Source of the DNA: an uncultured Spirochaetota bacterium
GTDB lineage: Bacteria; Spirochaetota; Spirochaetia; SZUA-6; CAVTHK01
NCBI GenBank assembly: GCA_963734495.1
Contig: CAVTHK010000011.1
Coordinates: 704,001-768,000 of the forward strand
DNA length: 64,000 nucleotides
Reading direction: 5' to 3'
Shown: piece after piece, positions 39,660 to 48,249 of the stretch
Layout: each line of letters begins with the position of its first letter
Numbering within the stretch: the stretch's first letter is position 1
The notes under the pieces: generated by a model
The model's database searches: none
What the model was told of the DNA's origin: nothing
Seen by the model: the letters and a program-made list of their open reading frames with translations, nothing else
Translations under genes and position numbers: made by a program

Positions 39660-39995
39660 ATGGCCGCAACCCCTTTCGTACAGGTGAGCACGACGCTCGC
39701 CGCCCGCGAGCAGGCTGAGACGCTCGCGCGCCGGCTGGTGGACGCCCGCCTCGCCGCCTGTGTTCAGATCGTCGGCCCGGTGACGAGCGTCTACCGCTGG
39801 AAGGGCGAGGTGTCGCGGGACGAGGAGACCCTGCTGCTGGCGAAGACGCGGCAGGACCTCGTGGACCGGATCGAGGCGCTCTTCCGGGAGGCGCACCCGT
39901 ACGAGGTGCCCGAGCTGATCGCGACTCCCGTCGTCGACGGCGGCGATGCCTACCTCGCCTGGCTGGGCGAGTCGCTCGAGCCCGCAGCCCGCTGA
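39660..39995 (+). CDS. cutA: Divalent-cation tolerance protein CutA
   Basis: RLAAC, SVYRWKG, HPYEVPE. Confidence 0.93.
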   Translation: MAATPFVQVSTTLAAREQAETLARRLVDARLAACVQIVGPVTSVYRWKGEVSRDEETLLLAKTRQDLVDRIEALFREAHPYEVPELIATPVVDGGDAYLAWLGESLEPAAR

Positions 39996-40083
39996 GCGGG
40001 GCCGGCGTCCCCCGTCCGTCCGCGGCGGGGGGTCGACCGCCTTCCTTCACTTTGCTATATTCATAGGCTATGAGAGGCTGCCC

Positions 40084-41169
40084 ATGGACGCAGTATTTGC
40101 CCGACTCGCCCGTGAGGAGGTGCCTTTCCTCTTAGAGAGCTACTCGGCGCTGGACCGCTACTTTCGCGTCCGCGAGCCGGGCGACGTCTTCATCCGCACC
40201 GATGCGTCGCTCGTGACGCTGGCCAAGCTGTTCGAGAGCCTGAGCTTTCCGGGATACGCAAACGCCGACGCGCTGCTCGACGCCGAGGGGAAGCTGTACT
40301 TCTTCCGCTGCGTCGACGAGATGGACGTCTCGTCGGGCCTCGCCTTCACGGCCCTCGATCTGCTCTACAACATCGAGCGCGACACCTTCCAGGACCCTCA
40401 CGGAGTCTACCCCGATCTCAGGCAGGAAGAGCTCGTCCGCACCCCCGTCCCCTCGACCACGATGGGCGCGATCATGCAGGCCGCCCGCCTCGTCTCGCGC
40501 TACCACTACACGAGCGAGATCGAGCCGGGGGCATCGGTCGAGGGCCTGTCGGCGCCCCTGATCGAAGACCAGCGGGAGCTCCTGCGCGCCGTGCTCACGA
40601 GCCGCTACCCGGACAAGGGGCTCGACTTCCTGCGCAGCACCGGCTTTGTCGCAAGCTACTGGCCCGAGCTCGCCGCGATGGTGACGGTGGCGCAGAGCAA
40701 GGAGCACCACCCCGAAGGGGACGTCTGGACCCACACGCTCGCCGCGCTGCGCAGCCGCAAGCACTACGGCTTCTCTCTCGGGGCCGCGCTGCTGCTGCAC
40801 GACATCGGCAAGCCCGTCTCCAAGGGGAGCAAGGAGCGGCCGTTCGAGAACCACGCCGAGATCGGCGCGGGGCTCGCGACCAAGTTCCTCCGCCGCATGG
40901 GGTTCTCCGACAGCCTCGTCGAGCAGGTGAACTACCTCGTCCGCTTCCACATGATGCCGGCCGCGCTGCCCAAGCTCCCGCTCTACAGGACGGAGCGCCT
41001 CATGTCCTCGCCGCTCTTTCCCGAACTCCTCGAGCTCTACCGGGCCGACCTGGCGTCGACGTTCCGGCAGCCGGCCGGCTACTACGAGGCGTGCCGCATA
41101 TACCAGCGCTTCCTCAAGGGCCGCGCGAACCCCTTCTGGGTCCCGCAGCGGTCGAGGCCAATCTCCTAG
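40084..41169 (+). CDS. HD-domain protein with CCA/poly(A)-polymerase-like architecture
   Basis: HHPEGDVWTHT, LLHDIGK, HAEIGA; N-terminal NTase motifs degenerate. Confidence 0.8.
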   Translation: MDAVFARLAREEVPFLLESYSALDRYFRVREPGDVFIRTDASLVTLAKLFESLSFPGYANADALLDAEGKLYFFRCVDEMDVSSGLAFTALDLLYNIERDTFQDPHGVYPDLRQEELVRTPVPSTTMGAIMQAARLVSRYHYTSEIEPGASVEGLSAPLIEDQRELLRAVLTSRYPDKGLDFLRSTGFVASYWPELAAMVTVAQSKEHHPEGDVWTHTLAALRSRKHYGFSLGAALLLHDIGKPVSKGSKERPFENHAEIGAGLATKFLRRMGFSDSLVEQVNYLVRFHMMPAALPKLPLYRTERLMSSPLFPELLELYRADLASTFRQPAGYYEACRIYQRFLKGRANPFWVPQRSRPIS

Positions 41170-41187
41170 TCTGCGCGCGAGGTCCGT

Positions 41188-41970
41188 CTACAGCAGACCG
41201 CGGCGGGCGAGCAGCAGCGTCAGGCCCGCGACGCATGCCGTCTCCGTGCGAAGGACGCGCTCGCCGAGGCCCGCCAGCGCGATGCCCGCAGCCCGCATCA
41301 GAAGCCGCTCCCTCGCGGACCACCCGCGCTCCGGACCGACGAGCAGGACCGTGCGGCCGGCCGCCGGAGTCCAGTCGCGAAGGCGGATCCGCGCCTCGTA
41401 GTTGTCGAGGGCCAGCGCCTCGGCGTCGCCGGCCCGCAGCGCTTCCACGGCGAGCGCTTCCACGGCGGCGTCGAGGCTCTCGTAGATGCGCACGCGCGGG
41501 ATCCTCGTGGCGAACGCCTGGGTGGCGCCGGCGATCAGGTGCTCGCGGTAGCCGCCTGACCCGCCGCCCGGCAAGCCGCCTGACGCGCTGCCCGGCCCGC
41601 CGCCTGACGTCCAGAGGCCGGCCTTGAGGTAGGACGCTTCCGCCTTGTCCGTCCCGCAGGTCAGGATCTCCTCCGCTCCGAGGCTCGTCGCCTCGCGGAG
41701 GATGCGCTGCGCCGCCACCGGCCTGCACGCGCCGAACAGAAGCGCCACTGGGGCAAGCGGCGCCGCGGGCTCGGTAAGGCGGAGCTCGAAGCGGAGCCCC
41801 TCTTCGGTGAGCGCGACGATCGTGGCCTTGCCGCGGCGGCCGTCGATCACGCCGGCGTCGAAGCTGTCGCCCGGCTTCCTGCGGAGCACGCCGATGATGT
41901 GAGTCGCCCGCGGGTCATCGCGGGGCAGCGGCCTGTCCTGCTCGCCCTCCTCGAAGAGCACGAGGTTCAC
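41188..41970 (-). CDS. rsmE: 16S rRNA m3U1498 methyltransferase
   Basis: HIIGVLR, VGPERGWS, LGERVLRTETA. Confidence 0.9.
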   Translation of the reverse strand: MNLVLFEEGEQDRPLPRDDPRATHIIGVLRRKPGDSFDAGVIDGRRGKATIVALTEEGLRFELRLTEPAAPLAPVALLFGACRPVAAQRILREATSLGAEEILTCGTDKAEASYLKAGLWTSGGGPGSASGGLPGGGSGGYREHLIAGATQAFATRIPRVRIYESLDAAVEALAVEALRAGDAEALALDNYEARIRLRDWTPAAGRTVLLVGPERGWSARERLLMRAAGIALAGLGERVLRTETACVAGLTLLLARRGLL

Positions 41971-42143
41971 GGCGCGGAGTGTACGGCCGGCCGCGCGGCG
42001 GGGTCAAACGTCGAGCCCCGCGCCACCCCGCGCCCGGGGCGGCGCGGGCGAAGCGCGATCCCCCGCGCGACCTCGCGCTTGCGTTGCGCCTTTGCGTTGA
42101 CAGGCCGGTCGGCCCGGCTCTACCGTGACCTCGGGAGGCGGCG

Positions 42144-42980
42144 ATGAAACATGCCGAGGGAAGCTGCCCCGGCTACCGGGGAGTCGGTCTCTTCTGCCAG
42201 ACCTGGAGCCCCGAGGAGACGGAGAGGACCGGCGCGTCGGCTGTGTTCGTGCACGGCATCGGCGACCACGGCGGCCGCCACCTGCGCCTCTTCGAGGCGC
42301 TCGTCGCGGCGGGCCTTACGGTCGTGGCGCCGGACATGCGCGGGCACGGCCGCTCGCCCGGCCAGCGCGGGCACATCGACTCCTGGGACGACTTCCGCGA
42401 GGACCTCGACGCGGTCGTCGAGCAGGCCGCGTCGAGCCGGCGCGGGGCCGGCGTCTTCGTCATCGGCCACAGCCTCGGCGGCCTGATCGTCCTCGAGTAC
42501 GCGCTGAAGCGGCCCGAGCGGCTGCGCGGCGTCGTGGCGATGTCGCCCGCGCTCGCCCTCGACGGGATCCCCCGCTGGCAGATCGTGGCCAGCCGCGCGC
42601 TCAACCGCATCGTGCCGCGCTTCTCGATGAAAGTGGGTCTCGATTCGGGCGGCATCTCGCGAGATCCCTCGGTCAAGGAGGCGGACGACGTGGACCCGCT
42701 CGTGCACAGCCTGGGGAGCGTGCGGCTCGGCGTCGAGGTGCAGAAGGCGCTGGAGTGGACGCTCGCCCACGCCTCCGAGCTGAGGGTCCCGCTCCTGATC
42801 GTGCACGGAACCGCGGACACGGTCGTGCCTCCCGCCGCGAGCCTCGCCTTCTACGAGCGGACCACGCTCGCGGACAGGACCCGCATCGAGTACCCGGGCG
42901 GCTACCACGAGCTCGACAACGACTACACCCGCGACAAGGCGCTCCCGGACATCAGCGCCTGGATCGCCGCCCGCGTTTAG
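42144..42980 (+). CDS. Lysophospholipase / alpha-beta hydrolase
   Basis: HGIGDH, DMRGHG, GHSLGG, HGTAD, YHE. Confidence 0.9.
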   Translation: MKHAEGSCPGYRGVGLFCQTWSPEETERTGASAVFVHGIGDHGGRHLRLFEALVAAGLTVVAPDMRGHGRSPGQRGHIDSWDDFREDLDAVVEQAASSRRGAGVFVIGHSLGGLIVLEYALKRPERLRGVVAMSPALALDGIPRWQIVASRALNRIVPRFSMKVGLDSGGISRDPSVKEADDVDPLVHSLGSVRLGVEVQKALEWTLAHASELRVPLLIVHGTADTVVPPAASLAFYERTTLADRTRIEYPGGYHELDNDYTRDKALPDISAWIAARV

Positions 42981-43082
42981 GCTCCCGCTTGCGCGGTCCG
43001 CACCCTGCCGGACCCGCGGCCTCCGGCTTCCTCCCCGCCGGACTTCTCGCTCTCGACGGGCCGCAGATGCTATGCTTGCCGC

Positions 43083-44534
43083 ATGAAACCCGGAGCCCAC
43101 AGGGCCTTTGCGCGCGACGCAGCGATCGTGGCGCGCGCGCTCGCGGCCTACTACGCCGAGTCGGCCTCCGGCCGGATGCCGGTCATCCGGCAGGCGCCGA
43201 TGGAGGAGATCATCTCCGAGCTCGAGCTGCGGCGCCTGGTCGAGCGCGGCGGGCTCGGCGGACGTGAGCTGCGGCGGTTCGTGAGACGCTACCTCTCGCA
43301 CACCACGCGGCTGCATCACCCGGCCTACATGGCCCACCAGGTCGCGGTCCCGCACCTGTCCGGGGCGCTCGCCTCGATGATCGACGGCTTCACCAATAAC
43401 GCGATGGCGATCTACGAGATGGGGCCCGCGGCGGCGAGCATCGAAGCCTTCGTGCTGGACTGGCTGATCCGCAAGGTGGGGTGGGAGCCCGCGCCGCTGC
43501 AGCGGGCCGCGGGCGACGCGGGCCCGGGCGCCGCCGGCGTGCTGACCCACGGCGGCTCGCTCGCGAACCTCACCGCCCTGGTCGCGGCGCGGACGCGGCT
43601 TGCGCCCCGCGTCTGGGAAGAAGGCAGCCCCCACGACCTCGCGCTGCTCGCGCCCGAAGGCAGCCACTACTCGATCGCCCGCGCGGCGGGCATCCTCGGC
43701 CTCGGCTCGCGCGCCATCTACGCGCTGGAGACCGACGAGCGCGGGGTCATCCGCGTCGACCGCCTCCCCGCGGCCCACGCGAGGATGACGTCGGACGGCC
43801 GGCGGGCGATCGCCCTCGTCGCCAACGCCTGCAGCACCGCGGTCGGCCTCTACGACCCGCTGCTGGAGACCGGCGAGTTCTGCAGGTCCGCCGGCATCTG
43901 GATGCACGTCGACGGCGCCCACGGCGCAAGCGCGCTGCTCAGCCCGAAGCAGCGCCGCCGGCTCGAGGGCATCGGGCTCGCCGATTCGATCGTCTGGGAC
44001 GCCCACAAGCTCCTGCGCACGCCCACGCTCTGCGCCGCGGTCCTCGTCCACGACGGCCGCGCCCTGGATGCCGCCTTCCACCAGGAGGCGAGCTACCTCT
44101 TCCACGAGAAGGAGCAGCCGGGCTTCGACTTCATCCACAGGACCGTCGAATGCACCAAGGCCGGCCTGGGCCTCAAGCTGTTCTTCGTGCTCGCCGCCAT
44201 GGGAGAGAAGGGGGTGGCCGAGTACCTCGACGGCGTCGTGGACCTCACGCACGACGCGTGGCGCCTGATCTCGGCGCAGCCGGACTTCGAATGCCCCGTC
44301 GAGCCCGAGAGCAACATCCTGTGCTTCCGCTACACGGGGTCGGGCGACGACGACGCCCTCCCGATCGCCCTCAGGGACGCGCTGATCGCCTCGGGCGAGG
44401 ACTACCTCTCCACGACCGTCTTCCGCGGCCGCCGCTACCTGCGGATGGCGCTCATGAACCCTGCCACCGCGATCGCCGACATCGAGGCGCTGCTCGCGCG
44501 CATCCGCAGGGCCGCGGCCGCGAGCCGCTCATGA
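43083..44534 (+). CDS. PLP-dependent group II amino acid decarboxylase (DAB decarboxylase-like)
   Basis: GGSLANL, HYSI, HVDGAHG, DAHK. Confidence 0.9.
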   Translation: MKPGAHRAFARDAAIVARALAAYYAESASGRMPVIRQAPMEEIISELELRRLVERGGLGGRELRRFVRRYLSHTTRLHHPAYMAHQVAVPHLSGALASMIDGFTNNAMAIYEMGPAAASIEAFVLDWLIRKVGWEPAPLQRAAGDAGPGAAGVLTHGGSLANLTALVAARTRLAPRVWEEGSPHDLALLAPEGSHYSIARAAGILGLGSRAIYALETDERGVIRVDRLPAAHARMTSDGRRAIALVANACSTAVGLYDPLLETGEFCRSAGIWMHVDGAHGASALLSPKQRRRLEGIGLADSIVWDAHKLLRTPTLCAAVLVHDGRALDAAFHQEASYLFHEKEQPGFDFIHRTVECTKAGLGLKLFFVLAAMGEKGVAEYLDGVVDLTHDAWRLISAQPDFECPVEPESNILCFRYTGSGDDDALPIALRDALIASGEDYLSTTVFRGRRYLRMALMNPATAIADIEALLARIRRAAAASRS

Positions 44535-45361
44535 GCGGCGGCGAGACGGTCGAGAGCTTCGTGGCGAGGACGCTTTCGTCGCGGAAGTACCGGGGCATCG
44601 CGCCGGAGACCGTCCGCGACGTCGTCGCCCGCGAAGTCGGCCGCGGCGGCGCAGCGGCCGACGCAGCCGCGCGGGCAAAGCTGCGCCTGCACCGGCTGTG
44701 GGCCGGTTACCTCGGCGAGCCGGACCACGAGGAGGCGGCGCGCAGCCTCGTGGGCGCGTTCACGGCGGGGGCGGGGGGCGACGCCGCGGTTCGCGCGGCC
44801 TGCCTTGCCATCATGGCGAGGCACCAGTCCTCCCGCGAGCGGCTGGGCGAGCTGGAGGCCTTTTACCGTTCCGTGTTCGGCGTCACGGGCCGCCCGCGCG
44901 CGCTGCTCGATCTCGCGTGCGCGGTCAACCCTCTCGCGTGGCGCTGGATGGGGCTGGAGCGCGGCGCGAAGTACCTCGCCTACGACATCAACGGCCGCAC
45001 GGTCGATCTGGTGACGCGCTACTTCGCCTTCGAGGGAGTGGCCGGCCGCGCCGAGCATCGCGACGTGCTGGTGCGCCCGCCCGACGAGCCCGGCGACGTC
45101 GCCCTGCTGCTCAAGATGTACCACTGCCTCGAGCACCGCCGCCGCGGCGCCGGCTGGGAGGCGGTGGCGGCCGTGCCGGCGGCGTGGGTCGTGATCTCCT
45201 TTCCCACGCGGAACCTGGCCTCGCGGCGCGCCGACATCATCGGCAACTACGAGCCGGAGATCCGGGCCGCGGCGGCCGCGCGCGGCTGGCAGGTCGCGCA
45301 GGCGGGAGTCGCGAGCGAAACCGCCCTCATCGTGCGAAAGGAGCCGCCGTGCTCTACGTGA
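44531..45361 (+). CDS. ArmA/Rmt/FmrO-family 16S rRNA methyltransferase paralog 1
   Basis: SRKY, LHRLW, HQSSRER, DLACAVNP, YDI, LLLK, SFPT. Confidence 0.85.
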   Translation: MSGGETVESFVARTLSSRKYRGIAPETVRDVVAREVGRGGAAADAAARAKLRLHRLWAGYLGEPDHEEAARSLVGAFTAGAGGDAAVRAACLAIMARHQSSRERLGELEAFYRSVFGVTGRPRALLDLACAVNPLAWRWMGLERGAKYLAYDINGRTVDLVTRYFAFEGVAGRAEHRDVLVRPPDEPGDVALLLKMYHCLEHRRRGAGWEAVAAVPAAWVVISFPTRNLASRRADIIGNYEPEIRAAAAARGWQVAQAGVASETALIVRKEPPCST

Positions 45362-46098
45362 TCGGCACGCCCATCGGCAACCTCGAGGACACGAGCTACC
45401 GCGCCGTGCGCGTGCTCGCCGAGTCGGACGCCCTCGCCTGCGAGGACACGCGACAGACGCGCAAGCTCCTGCAGCGATACGACGTGCCGGTGCCCCGCCT
45501 TCTCCTTTCGTACCACGAGCACAACGAGGCCGAAGCGGGCGAGCGGATCCTCGGGCTTCTCGCCGAGGGGCTCAAGGTCGCGCTCTGCTCGGACGCGGGC
45601 ATGCCGGGCATCAGCGACCCCGGCTACCGGCTGATCGCCGCCTGCCGTGAGCGGGGCCTCGAGGTCGAGGTGATCCCCGGGCCCGACGCCGTCTCGACCG
45701 CCCTCGTGAGCTCGGGGCTGCCGACGTCGAGCTTCACCTTCAAGGGCTTTCCTCCTCGCAAGAGCGGCCAGCGCCGCCGCTTCCTCGACGCGGAGCGGGA
45801 GTCGCCCCACACGCTCGTGCTCTTCGAGTCGCCGCACCGGCTGGGCGCGCTGCTCGACGACGCGCTCGCCGTGCTCGGCAACCGCCTGGCCGCGGTCTGC
45901 GTCGAGCTGACCAAGATGTTCGAGCAGGTCGACCGCGACCACCTCGCCGCGCTCGCGGACCGCTACCGCGACACTCGGGTCAAGGGCGAGATCACGGTCG
46001 TGATCGCGGGGAACAACCCCAAGTTCCTCGGAGTGGAAATTGAAGGCGACCAGGCGGCCGACGACCGCGACGACGCCGAAGACGACCAGCGCGCCTGA
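45349..46098 (+). CDS. rsmI: 16S rRNA Cm1402 2'-O-methyltransferase
   Basis: TPIGNLED, CEDTR, SDAGMPGISDPG, FESPHR, ELTKMFE. Confidence 0.95.
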   Translation: MLYVIGTPIGNLEDTSYRAVRVLAESDALACEDTRQTRKLLQRYDVPVPRLLLSYHEHNEAEAGERILGLLAEGLKVALCSDAGMPGISDPGYRLIAACRERGLEVEVIPGPDAVSTALVSSGLPTSSFTFKGFPPRKSGQRRRFLDAERESPHTLVLFESPHRLGALLDDALAVLGNRLAAVCVELTKMFEQVDRDHLAALADRYRDTRVKGEITVVIAGNNPKFLGVEIEGDQAADDRDDAEDDQRA

Positions 46099-46101
46099 GG
46101 C

Positions 46102-46926
46102 TCAGGACCTGCGGGGGATCGCAAGTCGCTCGCGCGCCTCGGCCGGGGAGGCGACGTCGAGCCCCATTTGCCGGACCAGCGACACCGCCCGCTCGACCAG
46201 CGCCGCGTTGCTCGCCGCGACGGCGCCGGGCGCGTGGAACCCGCTGTCCTCGTAGCCCACGCGGATCGCGTCGGCGCCCAGCGCCGCCGCCGCGGCGAGC
46301 AGGGTGAGGTCCTCCATGCCGTGATGGATGATGCCCCAGCGCGCCCCGGCGGGCAGGAGGCTCGCGAGGAAGAACAGGTGCGAGGCCGAGGCGCTCAGGG
46401 CGCCGCGGAACCCGAAGCACAGACCGAAGAACTGGGGAAGAGGCAGCAGCCCCTCGTCCCGGATGATTTTCACGTTGTCGATCATCCCCGCCTCGAAGAT
46501 CTCGAGCTCGGGCGCGACGGATCGCTCCTTCATGCGGCCCGCCCAGTAGCGGATCTCGGGGAGCGTGTTGATGTAGACGCCGTCGTCGAAGTTTGCGGAT
46601 CCCATGTTCAGCGATGCGCATTCGACCCGCGGCTCGGCGAGGCCCGCGCACCGCTCCTCGAGGCTGAGGGTCGTGACTCCGCCGGTCGAGACCTGCAGCA
46701 CGATGTCGCTGCCGGCGCGGATCAGGTCCAGCGTCCTCGCGAAAGGCGCGAGGTCCGCGGTCTGCCGGCCGCCGCCGTCTCGGACGTGCAGGTGCACGAG
46801 CGACGCTCCCGCGTTCGCGGCGTCGACCACGGCGCGGGCGACTTCCTCCGGGCTCACGGGATTGCGAGCGCCGGGCGGCAGATTCCCGCCCACAGGGGCG
46901 ACCGCCACGATCACCTTCTTCGGCAT
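46102..46926 (-). CDS. Beta-keto acid cleavage enzyme (Kce/DUF849 family)
   Basis: HLHVRD, STGG, SLNMGS, RVGYED. Confidence 0.88.
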   Translation of the reverse strand: MPKKVIVAVAPVGGNLPPGARNPVSPEEVARAVVDAANAGASLVHLHVRDGGGRQTADLAPFARTLDLIRAGSDIVLQVSTGGVTTLSLEERCAGLAEPRVECASLNMGSANFDDGVYINTLPEIRYWAGRMKERSVAPELEIFEAGMIDNVKIIRDEGLLPLPQFFGLCFGFRGALSASASHLFFLASLLPAGARWGIIHHGMEDLTLLAAAAALGADAIRVGYEDSGFHAPGAVAASNAALVERAVSLVRQMGLDVASPAEARERLAIPRRS

Positions 46927-47175
46927 AGGGCCTCCGCGCCTGCGCGCAATGTAGGGAGATGCGGCCGAACCAGTCAACGACGACGTCCGCTCGGCGCGGG
47001 GGGGAGTGCCGCGCTATTCAAAAGAGCCGGAAATTCGAATTCACGCGGACGGAATTTCCCGTCTATCTGAATGGCAGGGCATTGTCTCATGGGCCCGAGC
47101 GGGGCGCGGGGGGCGCCAGGCGGCCGCGCGTGGCGCTTGACCAACGCGCCGATATCCCCCTCTCATCAACACTCG

Positions 47176-48249
47176 ATGGCTGCCTCGCTTCGCAGGCTCG
47201 AGACCCGCCACGGCGCGCTCGCGCTCCCGGCGTTCCTGCCGGACGCTACGCGCGCTGTGGTGCGCGCGCTGGATTCCGCCGACCTGGAAGCAGTGGGCGT
47301 CGAGGCCGTCATGGTGAACACTCTCCACGTGGCCTCGCATCCGGGCCTTTCCGTGATCAGGGCGGCGGGCGGGCTGCACGCGTTCATGGGGTGGAAGGGC
47401 CCGGTCGCCACCGATTCGGGCGGCTTCCAGGTCTTCTCTCTCCTGGCGGGCGGGCTGGCCGAGGTGTCCCCCCGTGGGTTCAGCTACCGGACCGCGCGGG
47501 GCGCCGAGAAGGAGAGGCTCTCCCCCGAGAGCTGCATCCGCATGCAGCTGCGCGCGCAGTCGGACCTGCTCTTCTGCCTCGACCACTGCACCGGGCCGGG
47601 CGCGTCCGCCGAGGAATTGCGGCAGTCGGTGGACAACACCGTGCGCTGGGCGCGCGCCTGCCGGGACGCGTTCGACGCCGCGACCGAGGCGTGGGAGCGC
47701 AAGCCGCTGCTGTTCGCCGTGATCCAGGGCGGGAGCGACGCGGCCCTGAGGCGGGAGTGCGCCGATCGCCTCATCGAGATCGGGTTCGACGGCTTCGGAT
47801 TCGGCGGGTGGCCGATCGAGGGGACGGGCCTGAGCGAGATGGTGGCCGCCACCGCGGAGATGGTGCCGCGTGGCGTCCCCTTGCACGGCCTCGGCATCGG
47901 GAAGCCCGAGAACCTCGTCCGCGCCCGCCGCGCGGGCTACTCCCTGTTCGACTGCGTCATCCCGACGCGGGACGCGCGGCACGGCCGGCTCTTCGCGTTC
48001 GCGGGCCCGCCGGCGCGGCTCGACCTCGACGCGGCGGACTTCTACAGGCCGCTCTCCCTGGAATCGCCGCGGCTTCGCAGGGACGGATCGCCCATCGAGG
48101 AGGGATGCGACTGCCCATGCTGCCGCAGGTACAGCCGCGCCTACCTTCATCATCTATACTCGATCCGCGACGCTTCGGCCGCTCGGCTGGCCACGCTGCA
48201 CAACCTGCGCTTCTACGCGAGGCTCATCGAGGCGCTGCGCCGTGAGTGA
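47176..48249 (+). CDS. tgt: Divergent tRNA-guanine transglycosylase family protein
   Basis: TDSGGFQ, LDHC, IQGG, FDCVIPTR, CDCPCC...HN zinc site; atypical FLPDAT, GGWP, HGLG. Confidence 0.85.
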   Translation: MAASLRRLETRHGALALPAFLPDATRAVVRALDSADLEAVGVEAVMVNTLHVASHPGLSVIRAAGGLHAFMGWKGPVATDSGGFQVFSLLAGGLAEVSPRGFSYRTARGAEKERLSPESCIRMQLRAQSDLLFCLDHCTGPGASAEELRQSVDNTVRWARACRDAFDAATEAWERKPLLFAVIQGGSDAALRRECADRLIEIGFDGFGFGGWPIEGTGLSEMVAATAEMVPRGVPLHGLGIGKPENLVRARRAGYSLFDCVIPTRDARHGRLFAFAGPPARLDLDAADFYRPLSLESPRLRRDGSPIEEGCDCPCCRRYSRAYLHHLYSIRDASAARLATLHNLRFYARLIEALRRE

